Shown here one piece after another: positions 11,468-24,534 of a stretch of 64,000 nt of DNA. The position numbers and the translations under genes were made by a program. The notes under the pieces were generated by a model, which did no database searches, was not told the DNA's origin, and saw only the letters and a list, made by a program, of their open reading frames with translations. The DNA comes from Eledone cirrhosa. Its lineage: Eukaryota. Each line of letters opens with the position of its first letter. Within the stretch, counting starts at the first letter, position 1. The stretch spans positions 281,542,001 to 281,606,000 of the forward strand of contig OZ024742.1 of the NCBI GenBank assembly GCA_964016885.1, written 5' to 3'.

Positions 11468-13873
11468 ATGGATTATTATAACATAACCACTTCAACTAAA
11501 GACATTCCTACACCTGGTAAATCTGAATTCACCAAACATCTGATTGAAAAAACTGACTTTATGAGAAGGCTTAGATGGATAGCTTTTTTCTATGACCAGC
11601 GCCTAAAAGGAAATTTCTATACTAAGGAACATAACTTTCTTGATCATTTATTTAACTCTAGAAGAAACCTCCTTCCAACAAAAATCTAGTGCAATTCGTG
11701 GAAGGATTAACTAATATCATAAAAAATCTTAAATTCAAGAGAATCCCTTACAGAGGACAAGAGCACCTTGTAAATCTCAGGAATACAATTTTAAACCTTA
11801 ATTCCTCTAAAAATGTTTTAGTCCACTCCGACAAAGCAAATAATTTATATGGTATATCTAGGGATAACTATAATAACCATATCCTTAAAGAACTAAGGAA
11901 GAAATATCGTAAAACTAACCATGAAAATTTAGAATCCATAAACTTTGAAGCTTCTGAGATTATGTCAAAACTTGGCATTGAAAAAAAGACCGAACCATTC
12001 CTCCCAAGAACTCCGAGGATAAATCTCAAGGATCATAAAAACAATTTTCGAACGGAACTACCTGTTAGACTAATCGCCCCCTCTAAATCAGATCTGGGGG
12101 TTGTTAGTAAAGCCATCTTGGATAGAACTATCCCACAGGTTCGTTCTAATTGCTCTATTTCTAACTTAAATTTATGATTTGGTACATCTGAAGTAATTGG
12201 CTGGTTCAACAACCTGAATAAGAAAAACAAACAAAAATGTATTCAATTTGATATTGCCAGCTACTATTCTTCCATTTCGCCTTCCCTTCTCAACAATGCT
12301 CTATCTTTCGCTTTTAAATATCCTTACATCACAACAGATGAACTTCACATCTTTCTCACCGCAATAAAAACCATCTTAGAATTCAATAATGAATACTGAA
12401 CTAAAGCTGATATCTCCAACAACTTTGATATCACAATGGGTGCATCCGATTCATCGCAATTTACTGATTTGATTGGTATCTTTATTCTGAATTCTTTAAA
12501 TCGGAAAATTCCTCTACTTCGCGGTGGAATTTATCGTGACAATGGACTTTTTACTATCTTAAATTGCAATTTCGTTAACCTTAATATTATTAAGAACAAT
12601 ATACGTGATCTCTTTAACCAACATAACCTAAAAATTGAATTTGATAACAACGCCAAACTAGCTAATTTCTTGGATATATCCCTTAATCTTGACACTGGCC
12701 TATATTACCCTTACCATAAAAACAATGAGAATCTAATTTATGTTAATTTTAAATCTAACCACCCCACTAACATTAAAAATGCTATAGTTAATAATATTGG
12801 AAAAAGGATATCAAACCTATCATCTAATAAAAAATATCTTTGATGCTAACGCCAATTACTATAATAATGCGCTTTCTAAAGCCAGTTATCCTGATAAAAT
12901 TAAATACAGTAAAGAAACCAATCCTAGAAGATCTTACAGTAAAATAATTAATTATGATCATTCCAATAACTTAAATAAAAGACCTAGATACAAAAATATA
13001 ATCTGGTATAATGCTCCTTTCTCTATTTCCATTAATAATAATGTTCCTAAATTATTCTTTTGGGCCTCAGATAAATGCTTCCCTCACTCACATATCTATA
13101 GCAAAATATTTAACAAACATACAATAACATTTTCTTATTCCACCTCCTCCAACATCTCCAACATTATCTCTAAACACAACAATAGAATATTAAATACTAA
13201 ATCACATCCTTACAACACCGAATGTCCTAATAATAGCAGTAGTACTCCCGGCGTCATTGTTAACTCTAGGCTAGATTCTGCAAACTCAAATACGACGTCA
13301 AACGTAACTTCGTCGATTGTTCATAATACCAATCTAAATCAGGAAACTATTATTCCTATCGTAAATAACTTCTCCAATCCAATTCCTCCTATAAATAACA
13401 CTAGGTCACTTGTTAATAACTCTGTTAATCTCTCTAATTGCAATTGTAATTTCCCTGTTAAAACTAAATGTCCTCTCAATAACCATTGTCTTGATAAAAA
13501 CTTAGTCTATGAATGTAAAGTTATAACTGATACCAATTCCTTTACCTATTTCAGTTCCACTTCCACCTCCTTCAAAGTGAGAGTTTATAATTACAATTAT
13601 TCTTTTAAATACCAACTTAAAAGAACTAACACGGCACTCTCAGAACTCATATGGTCCTTGAAAGACAAAAATATTAACTATAACATCTCTTGGAGGAAAA
13701 TTTGTTCTGCCTCTCCCTACTTGAATGCCTCCCTATCTAGAACGTGTAATCTTTGTTTATCTGAGAAATTTACCATTATATCTAATTTAGATTCTATAAT
13801 AAATAGACGCACTGTTTTATTTTCTCTCTGCTTGCATAAATTCCACAGAACATTCCATAAAGTATACAGCTAA
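11468..13873 (+). pseudogene. PLE reverse transcriptase plus C-terminal GIY-YIG endonuclease, disrupted
   Basis: KDHK..RLIAPSKSDLG, IQFDIASYYSSI, MGASDS, YRDN (YRDD), FLDISL, LVYECKV..TYFSST, CNLCLSEK; frameshifts and TGA at two Trp positions; collinear with 34443-36791. Confidence 0.92.
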
Positions 13874-15040
13874 TATCTAATACTTTACTAGTTTAAAATC
13901 CTTTTTCTCAAAGGCTTATATATATATATTTCTTTAAAAATATGCCTATCTTTCTACCTTATTTCAATGTTATTTATTATACATTATATAATACTAGTTA
14001 CTCATTCTATCTCATTCCTCTTTATCATTTTCCTTTCTTCCTCTTTTCTTTCTTCTTCTTTCTTTTTAATTTCTACTTTTTCTTTTTCTTCCTAACTACT
14101 TCTCAATTCTTATAATTACTCACCACAACACATCCACTCTTCCATCTTTCTGCATATCATTGGCCATAAAAATTATTATTACCTTTTAAATACATTATAG
14201 CATTACCTTTAATAATCCTTCGTAAACATTAATTTTTTTTGACGTTAGATTTTTCCTCCTTAGTTCCTTATATATTTTTTCCTCCTTTCATGCTCGTCTG
14301 AATTTTACATATTACATATTACAATACATAAAAACAAACCCTAACTAATCTCCTTTATTATATTATATTATTACCATTAGAAAATATTTCGTAAACATAT
14401 ATATTTTGATGTTAGATTTTTTTCCTTCCTAAACATTATTGTCTTCTTTGTTTTCTGCGCTTATTTGTAAACAAACTATTTACATATATTACGCACACAT
14501 ATTACCTTACATAAAAACAAACTTAAACACTAAATAATTCCTCTAAATTCATAACTCATCCACTCTTCTACTTCTTTTCACAGTATATCCTTAATAACAT
14601 TAATATTTTTATTTTAATAATACATATTAACAATTTCTTTTCCTCGCACATATTATTAAACCCTTCAATATACAAACCTTAATTTAATATTATTCTTAAC
14701 CCCCCTTTTTCTCTTCATCAACTTTTAATTTCAAATTCTTTTAAATTATCTATTATCTTCCAACGGCTTTCTAACTTCTCTCTGTGAGACAATATATATT
14801 TTTCTCAGTTGTAAAGGCTATCTCTCTCTCTCTGTCACCCATCTCTCCTCCTCTCTCATCCTTCCTTCTTATACTCCTCCCCCCACCATTCTCTACTCTC
14901 ATCTCCTCCTCTTTCTCCCCCTTTCCAACCCACCCCTCACTTTTTCCCAATATCACACATCAATCTTAAATTATTTTTCATATGTTGATTTAAAACTTCA
15001 CTATTCACAAGTGTTTTTTAACCTTCATATCATGTATCCC

Positions 15041-15111
15041 TATTTTATCTGATGAAAACGCAGATATCATCTCATGATGATATTTGTTTTTTAAATGCGC
15101 ATAATAAAATA
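15041..15111 (+). ncRNA. 3' pLTR hammerhead with G12 mutated
   Basis: Identical to 11194-11264. Confidence 0.75.
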
Positions 15112-15142
15112 CTTGGAACTCTTTTAACCATCTTTTGATCTC

Positions 15143-15174
<32 letters not shown>

Positions 15175-15535
15175 CAAATTAACTGAAAGATAGGGTGTTG
15201 AGACGTGACTGTATTAGGATTCTCGGGAAAATGAGAAAACACGGTGTATGGAAGCTGTTAGAACAGAAAAATAGCATCTAAGCGGCATTGGGTAAAATAT
15301 TACCTCGAAGGACAGAGATCAGCAGCTAGATCTGAGTTGACTCAAAGGAAGGGAGAGAAGATAGGGAGGATTGAAAAAATAGATGAAAACGAACAGGTCA
15401 CAAACATTAAAATATGCTCGTCAGATCTCAACCCAGAGCAGTTTCGACGAATTTATGAGATTACAGCGGGGAATAGGAGGCTCGTAACGGAGAAACTAAT
15501 ATCTTCGTTCATATATTGTTTGTGTTGAGACAGGT

Positions 15536-15623
<88 letters not shown>

Positions 15624-16029
15624 AAGATGAAGACTGACTTGGGAACAAACAACTATGAAGTGTCAGTGCTGGACGGATATCAAAAAATATATTTTCTTTT
15701 ACAAACATTTATACATATTCTTTGTAACTAACGGATGATGTCACGCAAGATGTTAGTGTTACATATGAGCAATGTTCTGATGCTACTGAAATACACATAA
15801 TAAAAAATATAATTATGTAATTACACAATCCGTCATAAGGTTTATTCGCATATATATATATAATTGTTTCTACTGTTTGGCACAAGGCCAGCAATTATTC
15901 CAGTGTATTACTGCTACTTCATTTTATCGTCCCCATGAATTATCAAAGGAATTGTGTGATTTGTAGTCAGTGCGTGTGTGTGTTTGTGTGTTTGTGAATG
16001 TATATCTATCTATCTATATCTATATATCT

Positions 16030-16220
16030 ATCTATCTATCTATAAATATATAATATAAGATCAAAAGATGGTTAAAGGAGTTCCATGTATTTTATTATGC
16101 GCATTTCAAAAACAAACATCATCATGCAATAATATTTGTGTTTTCATCAGATAAAACAGGAGAACATGATATGAAGGCTAAAAAACACTTGTGGATAGTG
16201 CAGTTTTAAATCAACATATC
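16030..16220 (-). mobile_element. Solo pLTR of the 10555 PLE family with intact hammerhead (16088-16158)
   Basis: Minus strand: tgttttat-CTGATGA-aaacacaaatatt..gatgtttgttttt-GAAA-TGCGCA-TA-ataaaata. Confidence 0.85.
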
Positions 16221-16260
16221 ATATAAATATATATATATATATACTAGAAATATATATATA

Positions 16261-16415
16261 CTAGAAATAGAAGCTTTCACCGGATTTTTGAGTAAAGAAA
16301 TTTTAGAACTCTCTAAGAAATGGAAAAAGATGTTTATTGACGTACATGTACGTCACTACTCATCTTTTTCCATTTCTTTGGAGGGTCTAAATTACGGCGA
16401 AAGCTTCCATTTCTA
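16261..16415. repeat. Imperfect long inverted repeat centred on gacgtacatgtacgtc
   Basis: tagaaatagaagctttc / gaaagcttccatttcta and aagaaatggaaaaagatg / catctttttccatttctt arms. Confidence 0.65.
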
Positions 16416-16438
16416 TTTTCAAACACGCTCTTTGTTTC

Positions 16439-16510
<72 letters not shown>

Positions 16511-16636
16511 CACACGCACACACACACACACACACATACATGTATATATATATATATAGATATATGCGCAGGATCGGTGAAACTGCAGTTGGGACTTTAA
16601 AGAGAAAATAGGTATATTTTCGTGTATTATTTCCTC

Positions 16637-16760
16637 TTTACAGTCAGAGTTCAAATCCCGCCGAGGTTAACTTTGCCTTTCATCCTTACGGGGTCTATAA
16701 ATAAAGTACCAGTAATGTAATGGATAATTGCTGGCCCTGGGCCTAAAGTAGAAACAATTA
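16637..16760 (+). mobile_element. 5'-truncated SINE with 11-bp target-site duplication
   Basis: SINE core; attatttcctc at 16626-16636 and 16757-16767; the uninterrupted host sequence is seen at 18250-18315. Confidence 0.85.
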
Positions 16761-16917
16761 TTTCCTCGCATTTTGTAATTTGATAAATATCTCTGATTAT
16801 CGAATTATTTTAATTATTTTGATTATTTTATCTCTTTCGGTCATCGAGCAAAACTTGCGAAGGCGGACACCTCACATGTACATATACATATAAATATCTC
16901 TGTGTATTTCATTTTAT

Positions 16918-17001
16918 CGGTAGAGAGTAGGACCCCATGCTTTGACGCATAGAGTTACGGCCTTTGCCATTCTGAGTTCAAATCCCGCCGAGGTTAACTT
17001 T
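16918..17001 (+). mobile_element. SINE 5' half
   Basis: tcggtagagagtaggac..ctgagttcaaatcccgccgaggttaactt. Confidence 0.75.
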
Positions 17002-17113
17002 AGTTTTAGAAGGTGTCTTCCACTATACAGTGGTGGCCATAACTAGGCCCCGAAGTTTATGGGGTCGCAAACATGTTAAGTGCCTGAAATGTTAATGTAT
17101 ACTAAATAAGGTG

Positions 17114-17149
<36 letters not shown>

Positions 17150-17942
17150 TATATGTAAACGTAACTTTCTCGTTTTTTTCTATTATATATATATATATAT
17201 ATATATAAGTTATTCCGGGTTGAATCGGAGGTAACCACAGTAAGTAAGGTACTCAATACATAGCGGAGTATACAATTCTATATTAAAACTATATATATAT
17301 ATATATATATGCCTGGCTTAATATTTCTTAACGATTGAAGCATGGTATTTATTATAATTTTGGTTTCAGGTATGTTGTATCTGTCGGTTAATTTTGGGTT
17401 TATATTCTGATATAAGCAGAGCCTCCATATTTATTCAGCTTGTTTTGTATAGAAATCTACATTGAATTCTAATGTGGCCCTATTTACTCTTTTTGCGTGT
17501 TCTGTATGGAAGTGTTTTCTGTTGAAAATGTAATGCCTGTGTAACCGATGGAACATTATTGTTCATGATGTTCACAAGTTCAAAATCTTGCTTCCACAAT
17601 CTCCTACCAGTCACATGATACTTACGACCAATACTAAGCACATGAGCAACATGCCACTCGAATTCAGAAGGAGGAATCCTAAATGCACACTGGAACATAG
17701 GAATGTTACTGTTCGAAAATAAATAGCAAGAACTAATAAAAAAAAAATACGAAACGTGAATTGGCAGTATCGGTAGAGGGTTGGACGCCATGTTCTCTAA
17801 CATAGTTACGTCCCTTTACAGTCTGAGTTCAAATCGCGCCGAGGTTAACTTTGCCTTTCATCCTTACGGGGTCGATAAAATAAAGTACCAGTAATGCACT
17901 GGGGTGATTGCTGGTCTTGTGCCAAAAGTAGAAACAATTATT
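16999..17942 (+). repeat. ~940-bp dispersed duplication (copy at 39080-40026) ending in a full SINE (17760-17942)
   Basis: Near identity apart from microsatellite lengths. Confidence 0.9.
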
Positions 17943-18610
17943 ATATTGTCCCAAACTCCCCTATGGTCGATTAAACCCAGGAGTGTACTAACTGCTTTTT
18001 CTAGCAAATACGTTGTTCGCTCACTGTCCCCTTTACTACCTTGCATCATGTGTTAATTTCTCCCACCGCCTCTCGAGAAATTCTCACTCGCTACGAAAGA
18101 AACAGTCATTTTTTTATCACTGTATACACGCTAGAAACACGTCAGGAAACAATACTTTTTCCTGGTGGGTCTCCTAATAAGCCGTATCAACCTCACAGCG
18201 ATGACGCATTTTATAGAGCAGAGATCGTGGCACACGGAGCGGTGAATATGTAGTCGAGACTTTGAAGAAAAAATAGGTATATTTTTGTAAATTATTTCCT
18301 CATATTTTGTAATTTTATATATATATATATACCTCATGAGTTATTTATTTAAACATAAACATGTTATGTCAAACACACTTTACAAAATACGTTAGTTTAT
18401 GTCAAATATACTTTTAAAAAAAGTTACACAATTATGAACATATGAAAAAGAAAGATAAAAACAAAATTAAGTAATGAAAAGGCGGGAGGAGGTGTAAAAA
18501 AGGGTAGATCTAGCTGTACAGGAAAGTGGTGGAAGGGACTGTAAATGACATAAATGAAAGGAAAGGGAGAGGGGGGGAATGAAGGAGTATTAGGACTCGG
18601 AAGAAATACA

Positions 18611-18678
<68 letters not shown>

Positions 18679-18721
18679 TGTATATATATATGTGTGTGTG
18701 TGTGTGTATCTATTCCTCTCC

Positions 18722-18773
<52 letters not shown>

Positions 18774-19239
18774 TATATATACATGCATATATATATATAT
18801 ACATATATTCATGCATCTATATATATATGCATGTGTGTGTGTGTGTGCATACGTACGTATGTGTATACATTGAAATCAGTTTTCATTATTCTTTCCATCA
18901 ATAACCTAGCAAACAAGTCCGACACTTCTCGAATATTCCATATTGATATTATTCCGTGTGAATTATTTAAACAATATAAATATTTGTCTCTAACTTATGG
19001 AAATTTTTCATCTTCTTCACACATCTTGGTATCTCGGTAACAAACTTTTGAATTTACATAATGTCAATGGCTAAAGCTCTAACAAAAATAGAAAAGAAAG
19101 AAGAAATGCTATGCCCACTATACATGGTTTCGAAATTTGGGTAATTCTAAGCCCACCATACACGGTTTCGAAATTTGGGAGAATAGAGATCACTTCTTGC
19201 ATGACATTATTTTTGCAGAGCGGTGGATTAGCAAAGGAC

Positions 19240-19425
19240 GGTGGATTGGCAGTATCGGTAGAGGGTCGGACGCCATGCTTTGACGCATAGAGTTACGGCC
19301 CTTGCTATTCTGAGTTCAAATCCCGCCGAGGTTAACTTTGCCTTTCAGTCTTACGGGGTCGATAAAATAAAGTACCAGTAATGCACTGGGTAATTGGTGG
19401 CCTTGTGCCAAAATTAGAAACAAGT
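19240..19425 (+). mobile_element. Full-length tRNA-derived SINE
   Basis: A box tggcagtatcgg, B box gagttcaaatccc, core and tail. Confidence 0.85.
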
Positions 19426-19589
19426 ATTTTTGCAGGAGAGAAAGAAAAATATAATACACAGTGAAAGAATGGGTTCAAATTTAGAAACAAGACTAGAATT
19501 GTACGTAGGTGAAAGTAGTCTATGTTGATCTCGTTACAAGATTAATGCTTTATTTATAGACCACATAATGACGAAAGGCGGAATTACCT

Positions 19590-20665
19590 CCTCTTCCTCC
19601 TCCTTCTTCTTTTTCTTCTTCATCATCATCATCATCAGCATCATCATCATCGTATTCTTCTTCTTCTTCTTCACTAATTCCAGAGAAGTTGGTGGGAGAA
19701 TAGTCTTCAAACACTCCTTCAAGCGGGTCATTTTGGAAGCAGCCGTCACCAGTTCATCCGGCTAGATCCACAAGCGAGACCAGCTGCTCTCTTGGATTTT
19801 ATCCAACCCCCTTGTTCGGAGTCTAACCCTGTTGGATTTGGCCGTAAAATTTGAAGTAGTGGTTTTTCGGAGAAACCGCATTTCGGGCGCTTGTATTCGC
19901 AATCATATTCATTCTGTCATTACATGAAATCCATGACCATTGGTAAGAGTTGGCACGAATACCGACTTGAATATAGCGAATTTGACTTTTACACCTACTA
20001 CTATCATCTGTTTACCGAATAATGAAGCTGGTGCATTACTGTACCACCTCCTGCAATTCTTGCACTTTGATATGCCTCATGCCTTCTATCACTGGTGAAC
20101 ACAGCATGGACCTACTTAAACTTCTCTACCCGCTTCAATGGAACTCCATTTACATGTAGAGTGCAAAGAAATGTCGAATGACATTCAGCACTACATTCAT
20201 CGCAGCACCGATTTTCATTCCAGCCGTGCAGCACTCGACATCATACCTATAAAGTGAATGTCACATGTTCATCTTCTGTTGAGTTAATTAATATTACGTT
20301 ATCTGCAAATTCTGACGACTGATCTTGCACTCACCTATCGTAATTCCACTTCCAACACGGCCGGGCATGTAGTCCTATTCATAAAGATTGTGAACAAGAG
20401 AAGGGACCATACGCACTCTTGGGAATTCCGACACCTACATTGAATGGTTTCGATTTAGCACCATTTCTCCGAACACAAATAATAGGGCATACGTATAGAG
20501 ACATCAGGGCAACAAAAAGCGGTTCATCAATTCCATATTCCTGCAGAACCTTCCACAGCATCTTCGGTGGAACACCGATGTATGCCTTTTCGATGTCTAC
20601 AAAGCAAAATACACCTCTTGGCAGAACTCCCACGATTTCTCAAAGATCTACTGCAATATGAACAT
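19590..20665 (-). mobile_element. Degenerate RTE-clade LINE 3' portion with (AAG)-rich tail
   Basis: FVDIEKAY..VP..LWKVLQEYGIDEPL..LMSLY; VEKFK*VHAVF; trinucleotide tail at 19590-19672. Confidence 0.8.
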
Positions 20666-21959
20666 TTGCTCGGCTGTATATGTGTCTGTGTGGGTATAAG
20701 CTATCTTGTTAATTGTTACATATTTCTGCCGTGTGAGAGATATTCATTTGATGCTGGTTACGAGAAGGGTGGTGGTGGTGGTGTTAGGTGATTTTCGTTG
20801 GGAGAAAGTTTCTCTTTTAGAAGTGAGGAAGGGGAATACGAATCATTTATGTATTGGGAACTGCCTAAATAGCAGCAATATCTCCATTCACTGACAGAAA
20901 TACCGACTCCAACACTGTCGTTATGGAACAAGAATGACAATATAAATACGAAAATTGATACTGTTATTGTACACAATTTTGATAATTATTATAGCAACGA
21001 CAATGTTGTACACCAACAAACATGGTAACCACAGTAACAACAGCAATAAGAATTCTACCGGCTAACTGAATCAGCAGAAATTAACAGCAGTAATGAAAGA
21101 AAAACGAAAATAAGGAACATCTGAAGAATCCGTATTGACACGGCTACATTTTGATCTGAAAATTGCGGCTGAAAAAAAACAAAAAAAAAAAACAATAGAG
21201 AGAAGTAGAAATAGAAACATTTCATTTAAAAGCATGTTGTGAGAAGTTGGAAAGAAAGCACAATTACGTTCAGTGCCTCTCCTATAAAACATGACCACTT
21301 GAAAAATAAAAGAAAACAAAACCGTGCCTTGAGGAAATATGGAAGGCATTATTAAGGAATGCATGTCATGAATAAATTATGTGAAAAATTACACTTCTGT
21401 GGGTGAGTGGGCTTATTTTCCTACCCTGGGCACCAGGAGAGCTAAGAATACATGGAAACACGGATGTGATACGCCGGTTACACAAATTCATGTTCATGCA
21501 CTTGTTGAATTGTGAAGTTCGGGACATTATACCAGAAATGATGAACTCTTGATTTGTCATTGTTTTGCATGAAATATATCGAAGATGGTGGATATCAGCA
21601 TTAATAAACTCAACGCGGATTTAAATAGTTTAAATTTGTATTTTGATCTAATGGTAGTACCAGAATAAGGCAACGATATGACAGTTTTGGGGGATTTTTT
21701 AACCTGGGGAAGAATGCATTGCAGTATGATATGGTGTAGTATGTTTTGTGTAGTATAACATTTTGCCGCGTATTATGTAGGAACACATTGTTCAATGGTA
21801 TCTCCCTCGTCCTGACTCTCTGCATTCTGAGTTCAAACTCCGCAATGGTTAAATTTGCATTTCATGCTTTTGAGGTCGATCACTACATTATCAACCAATT
21901 AATGAGTGTCAATTTTCCCTCTACCTCTTTCTCCCCCCCCCCCCACCACACACACAATA

Positions 21960-21990
<31 letters not shown>

Positions 21991-22354
21991 TCCCACTTCT
22001 CTTTCTGTTTTTCTCATTATCTTCGTGTTTCTTGACGAAATTGTCTACGTGTAGAGGTATAGGCTACGCCAGGTTTAATTGACTGGGACCATATGTCACC
22101 ACGGAGACCCTATGTCTCCATAAATAGTAAAGGGTCTGTGGATAGCATGAAGTACTAGAATACAGAGATTTCCTTCGTACTCTTCCACGGGGATGTATTT
22201 GAGACTGATGGTGAATGAGAGGGACCTTATATATTCCATCTGAAGTTATAAAGGATATTCAAAATCTCTCTACTCGAAAGTACAATCCTAATAACGAGTT
22301 CAAGTCTTGCCGAGGTCACCAATGCTTTTAATAATTTCTGATTACAATAAATAA

Positions 22355-22522
22355 TTGTTTCTATTTTTTGGCACAAGGCCAGCAATTAATCCAGTGCATT
22401 ACTGGTACTTTTATCGAACACGTCAGGATGAAAGGCAAAGTTGACCTCGGCGGGAACTCAGACCGTAACGGGGCGTAACTCTATGATTCATAGCATGGCG
22501 TCCGACCCTCTACCCATACTGC
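22355..22522 (-). mobile_element. tRNA-derived SINE
   Basis: Reverse complement of the SINE consensus. Confidence 0.8.
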
Positions 22523-22882
22523 TTCCCGCCCAGGGCAATGCATTGGCGAAATTGTGACAACGTTCGACGAAATATCTTATGATATTTGTTTAAGTTCTTT
22601 ACGTTCTGAGTTTTTAAATCTTACACCAAATCTCAGTGTGATACTTCCCTGGACTAATTACTGCTAAGCTGTCAATTGTGTGCGTGTGATATACGGAGAG
22701 CCAATACTAGTAGTTTAATAAGTAAAACACTTATATGTGTTAAATTGATAGATCAATTTGACAAGGGTAACAGGTGCAATATATATTCGTTCCGGTCATT
22801 AGGTGTGTCGTCAAGTGAAGTACAGATCAATCCTCTATGTCGTGTATGTTACGGCATTCACAAGAGGACTGTCACTCATTGA

Positions 22883-22925
22883 ACTACTACTACTACTACT
22901 ACTACTACTACCATGACTACTGCTA

Positions 22926-23020
<95 letters not shown>

Positions 23021-23021
23021 G

Positions 23022-23064
<43 letters not shown>

Positions 23065-23071
23065 CACCACC

Positions 23072-23109
<38 letters not shown>

Positions 23110-23127
23110 AACTATCATTATTACTAG
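22883..23127. repeat. (TAC)n/(CAC)n trinucleotide microsatellite
   Basis: Direct inspection. Confidence 0.95.
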
Positions 23128-23916
23128 TCATGTATTATGTAAAAGTATGAGGGCGGTGGAGTGGTAAAATTGTTAGATGGTTGCGGTATTAAGTTACAGA
23201 TTTTTACGATCTGAAACAAAAATTCTGTTGATTCAAGTTTGCTTTTTGACCTTCCTAGCTCTGGGATTGATATAGTTGGAGTTCCTCTTGCTCCCAATTG
23301 GTGGCCTTGTGCCTATATAAGAAACCAAGTTTCATTCAGAAATGTGTTAAAATGAATCTGTTAAAAGTAACGTAAAGTGCTAGGCTGTGAGCAACCAGTT
23401 AAGTGATTATGTATGTGTATATATATTTACGGGGCCCTAACTCTTGATAGACAGAAAGAGATATAGAGAAAAATATAGAGAATGCTAGACAAAAAGAGAT
23501 ATAGAGAAAGAATCGACACAGCCAAAATTTACCATGGTCTGTTTTGACCTCTGAGAACAAAGAACCAGAACGACTACGACAAACATTCTATCTGACGTTT
23601 TAACAACTCTTCCAATTCGTCGCCCTTTAAGCAACTATGTATGCATATAATATGAATGATTTTTATATAAAACATAAAAGAAAACGAAATAATTTTGTAT
23701 AAATTGAAAATATATCCACCGATATACAGATCTTAGTAAACGATAAATATTGAATATATATTAAATGATATTTTGCGTGGAATGTTACGGTTGGAAAGTC
23801 TGTTTGTTATTTCCTATGATAGAATTTATTGAAACACAAGTAAAATTTTCAAAGCTATATGTTCTTGTAGCATGGTACACACACACATACATATATATAT
23901 GGGAGGGGGGGGGTTA

Positions 23917-23999
<83 letters not shown>

Positions 24000-24534
24000 T
24001 GATATGCGTAACAGTGTATAAATAGAAGAAATCTCTATTTCTTCGTCGTTTCGGTTCTTCCATTTGAGGTTTTATATTTTGCTGCTAAATTGATTTAACG
24101 TGTTATTAAAATAGGACTTAATCTACCTTTTAAGGTTTTTGTAATACTTTTCATATATTTTTAAAAATATAAATAAATGTTTATTAAATATTTATAAATC
24201 TCAATAAACGAAGCAATAGACCAACAACAAGTGTTATAGACAAAAATGGTGTCATTTTGACAGCTTGAGTATCTATGTAGTAGTGAGGGATCACTTTTGA
24301 CAAATAGCACAGTCAAATTTAAGAATTATATATATCGCTCACTTGGTTAGGATCAAACTATAATATTTTATTGCTAAATACAAAGTCATTGGGTAAGCTT
24401 CTTTTTCAACTGATTAATCTAGTGGTGATATGAACAACATATGCAATATTCTCTATATTCAAAGAAACTGATTATAATTGACGACAAGAGAACAAGACGA
24501 TCCATCCAACTATCTATCTATTTATCTATCTACC

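Larger units (their letters stand above)
10555..15147 (+). mobile_element. Full-length Penelope-like element (Naiad-like) with 5' inverted segments and direct pseudo-LTRs
   Basis: Direct repeats ~10905-11300 and ~14750-15147; inverted segments at 10555-10900; RT+GIY-YIG reading frame; (TA)n on both sides. Confidence 0.92.

Noticed and set aside
12175-12399. In-frame TGA codons in the PLE ORF as possible selenocysteine recoding
   Set aside because: Both align with Trp in the intact paralog (KLWG, SYWV) and the ORF also has frameshifts and YRDD to YRDN, so they are ordinary TGG to TGA decay
15415-15470. GAAA followed by CTGACGA on the minus strand as a type II hammerhead (similar order at 1620-1655)
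   Set aside because: Stems II and III cannot be paired convincingly
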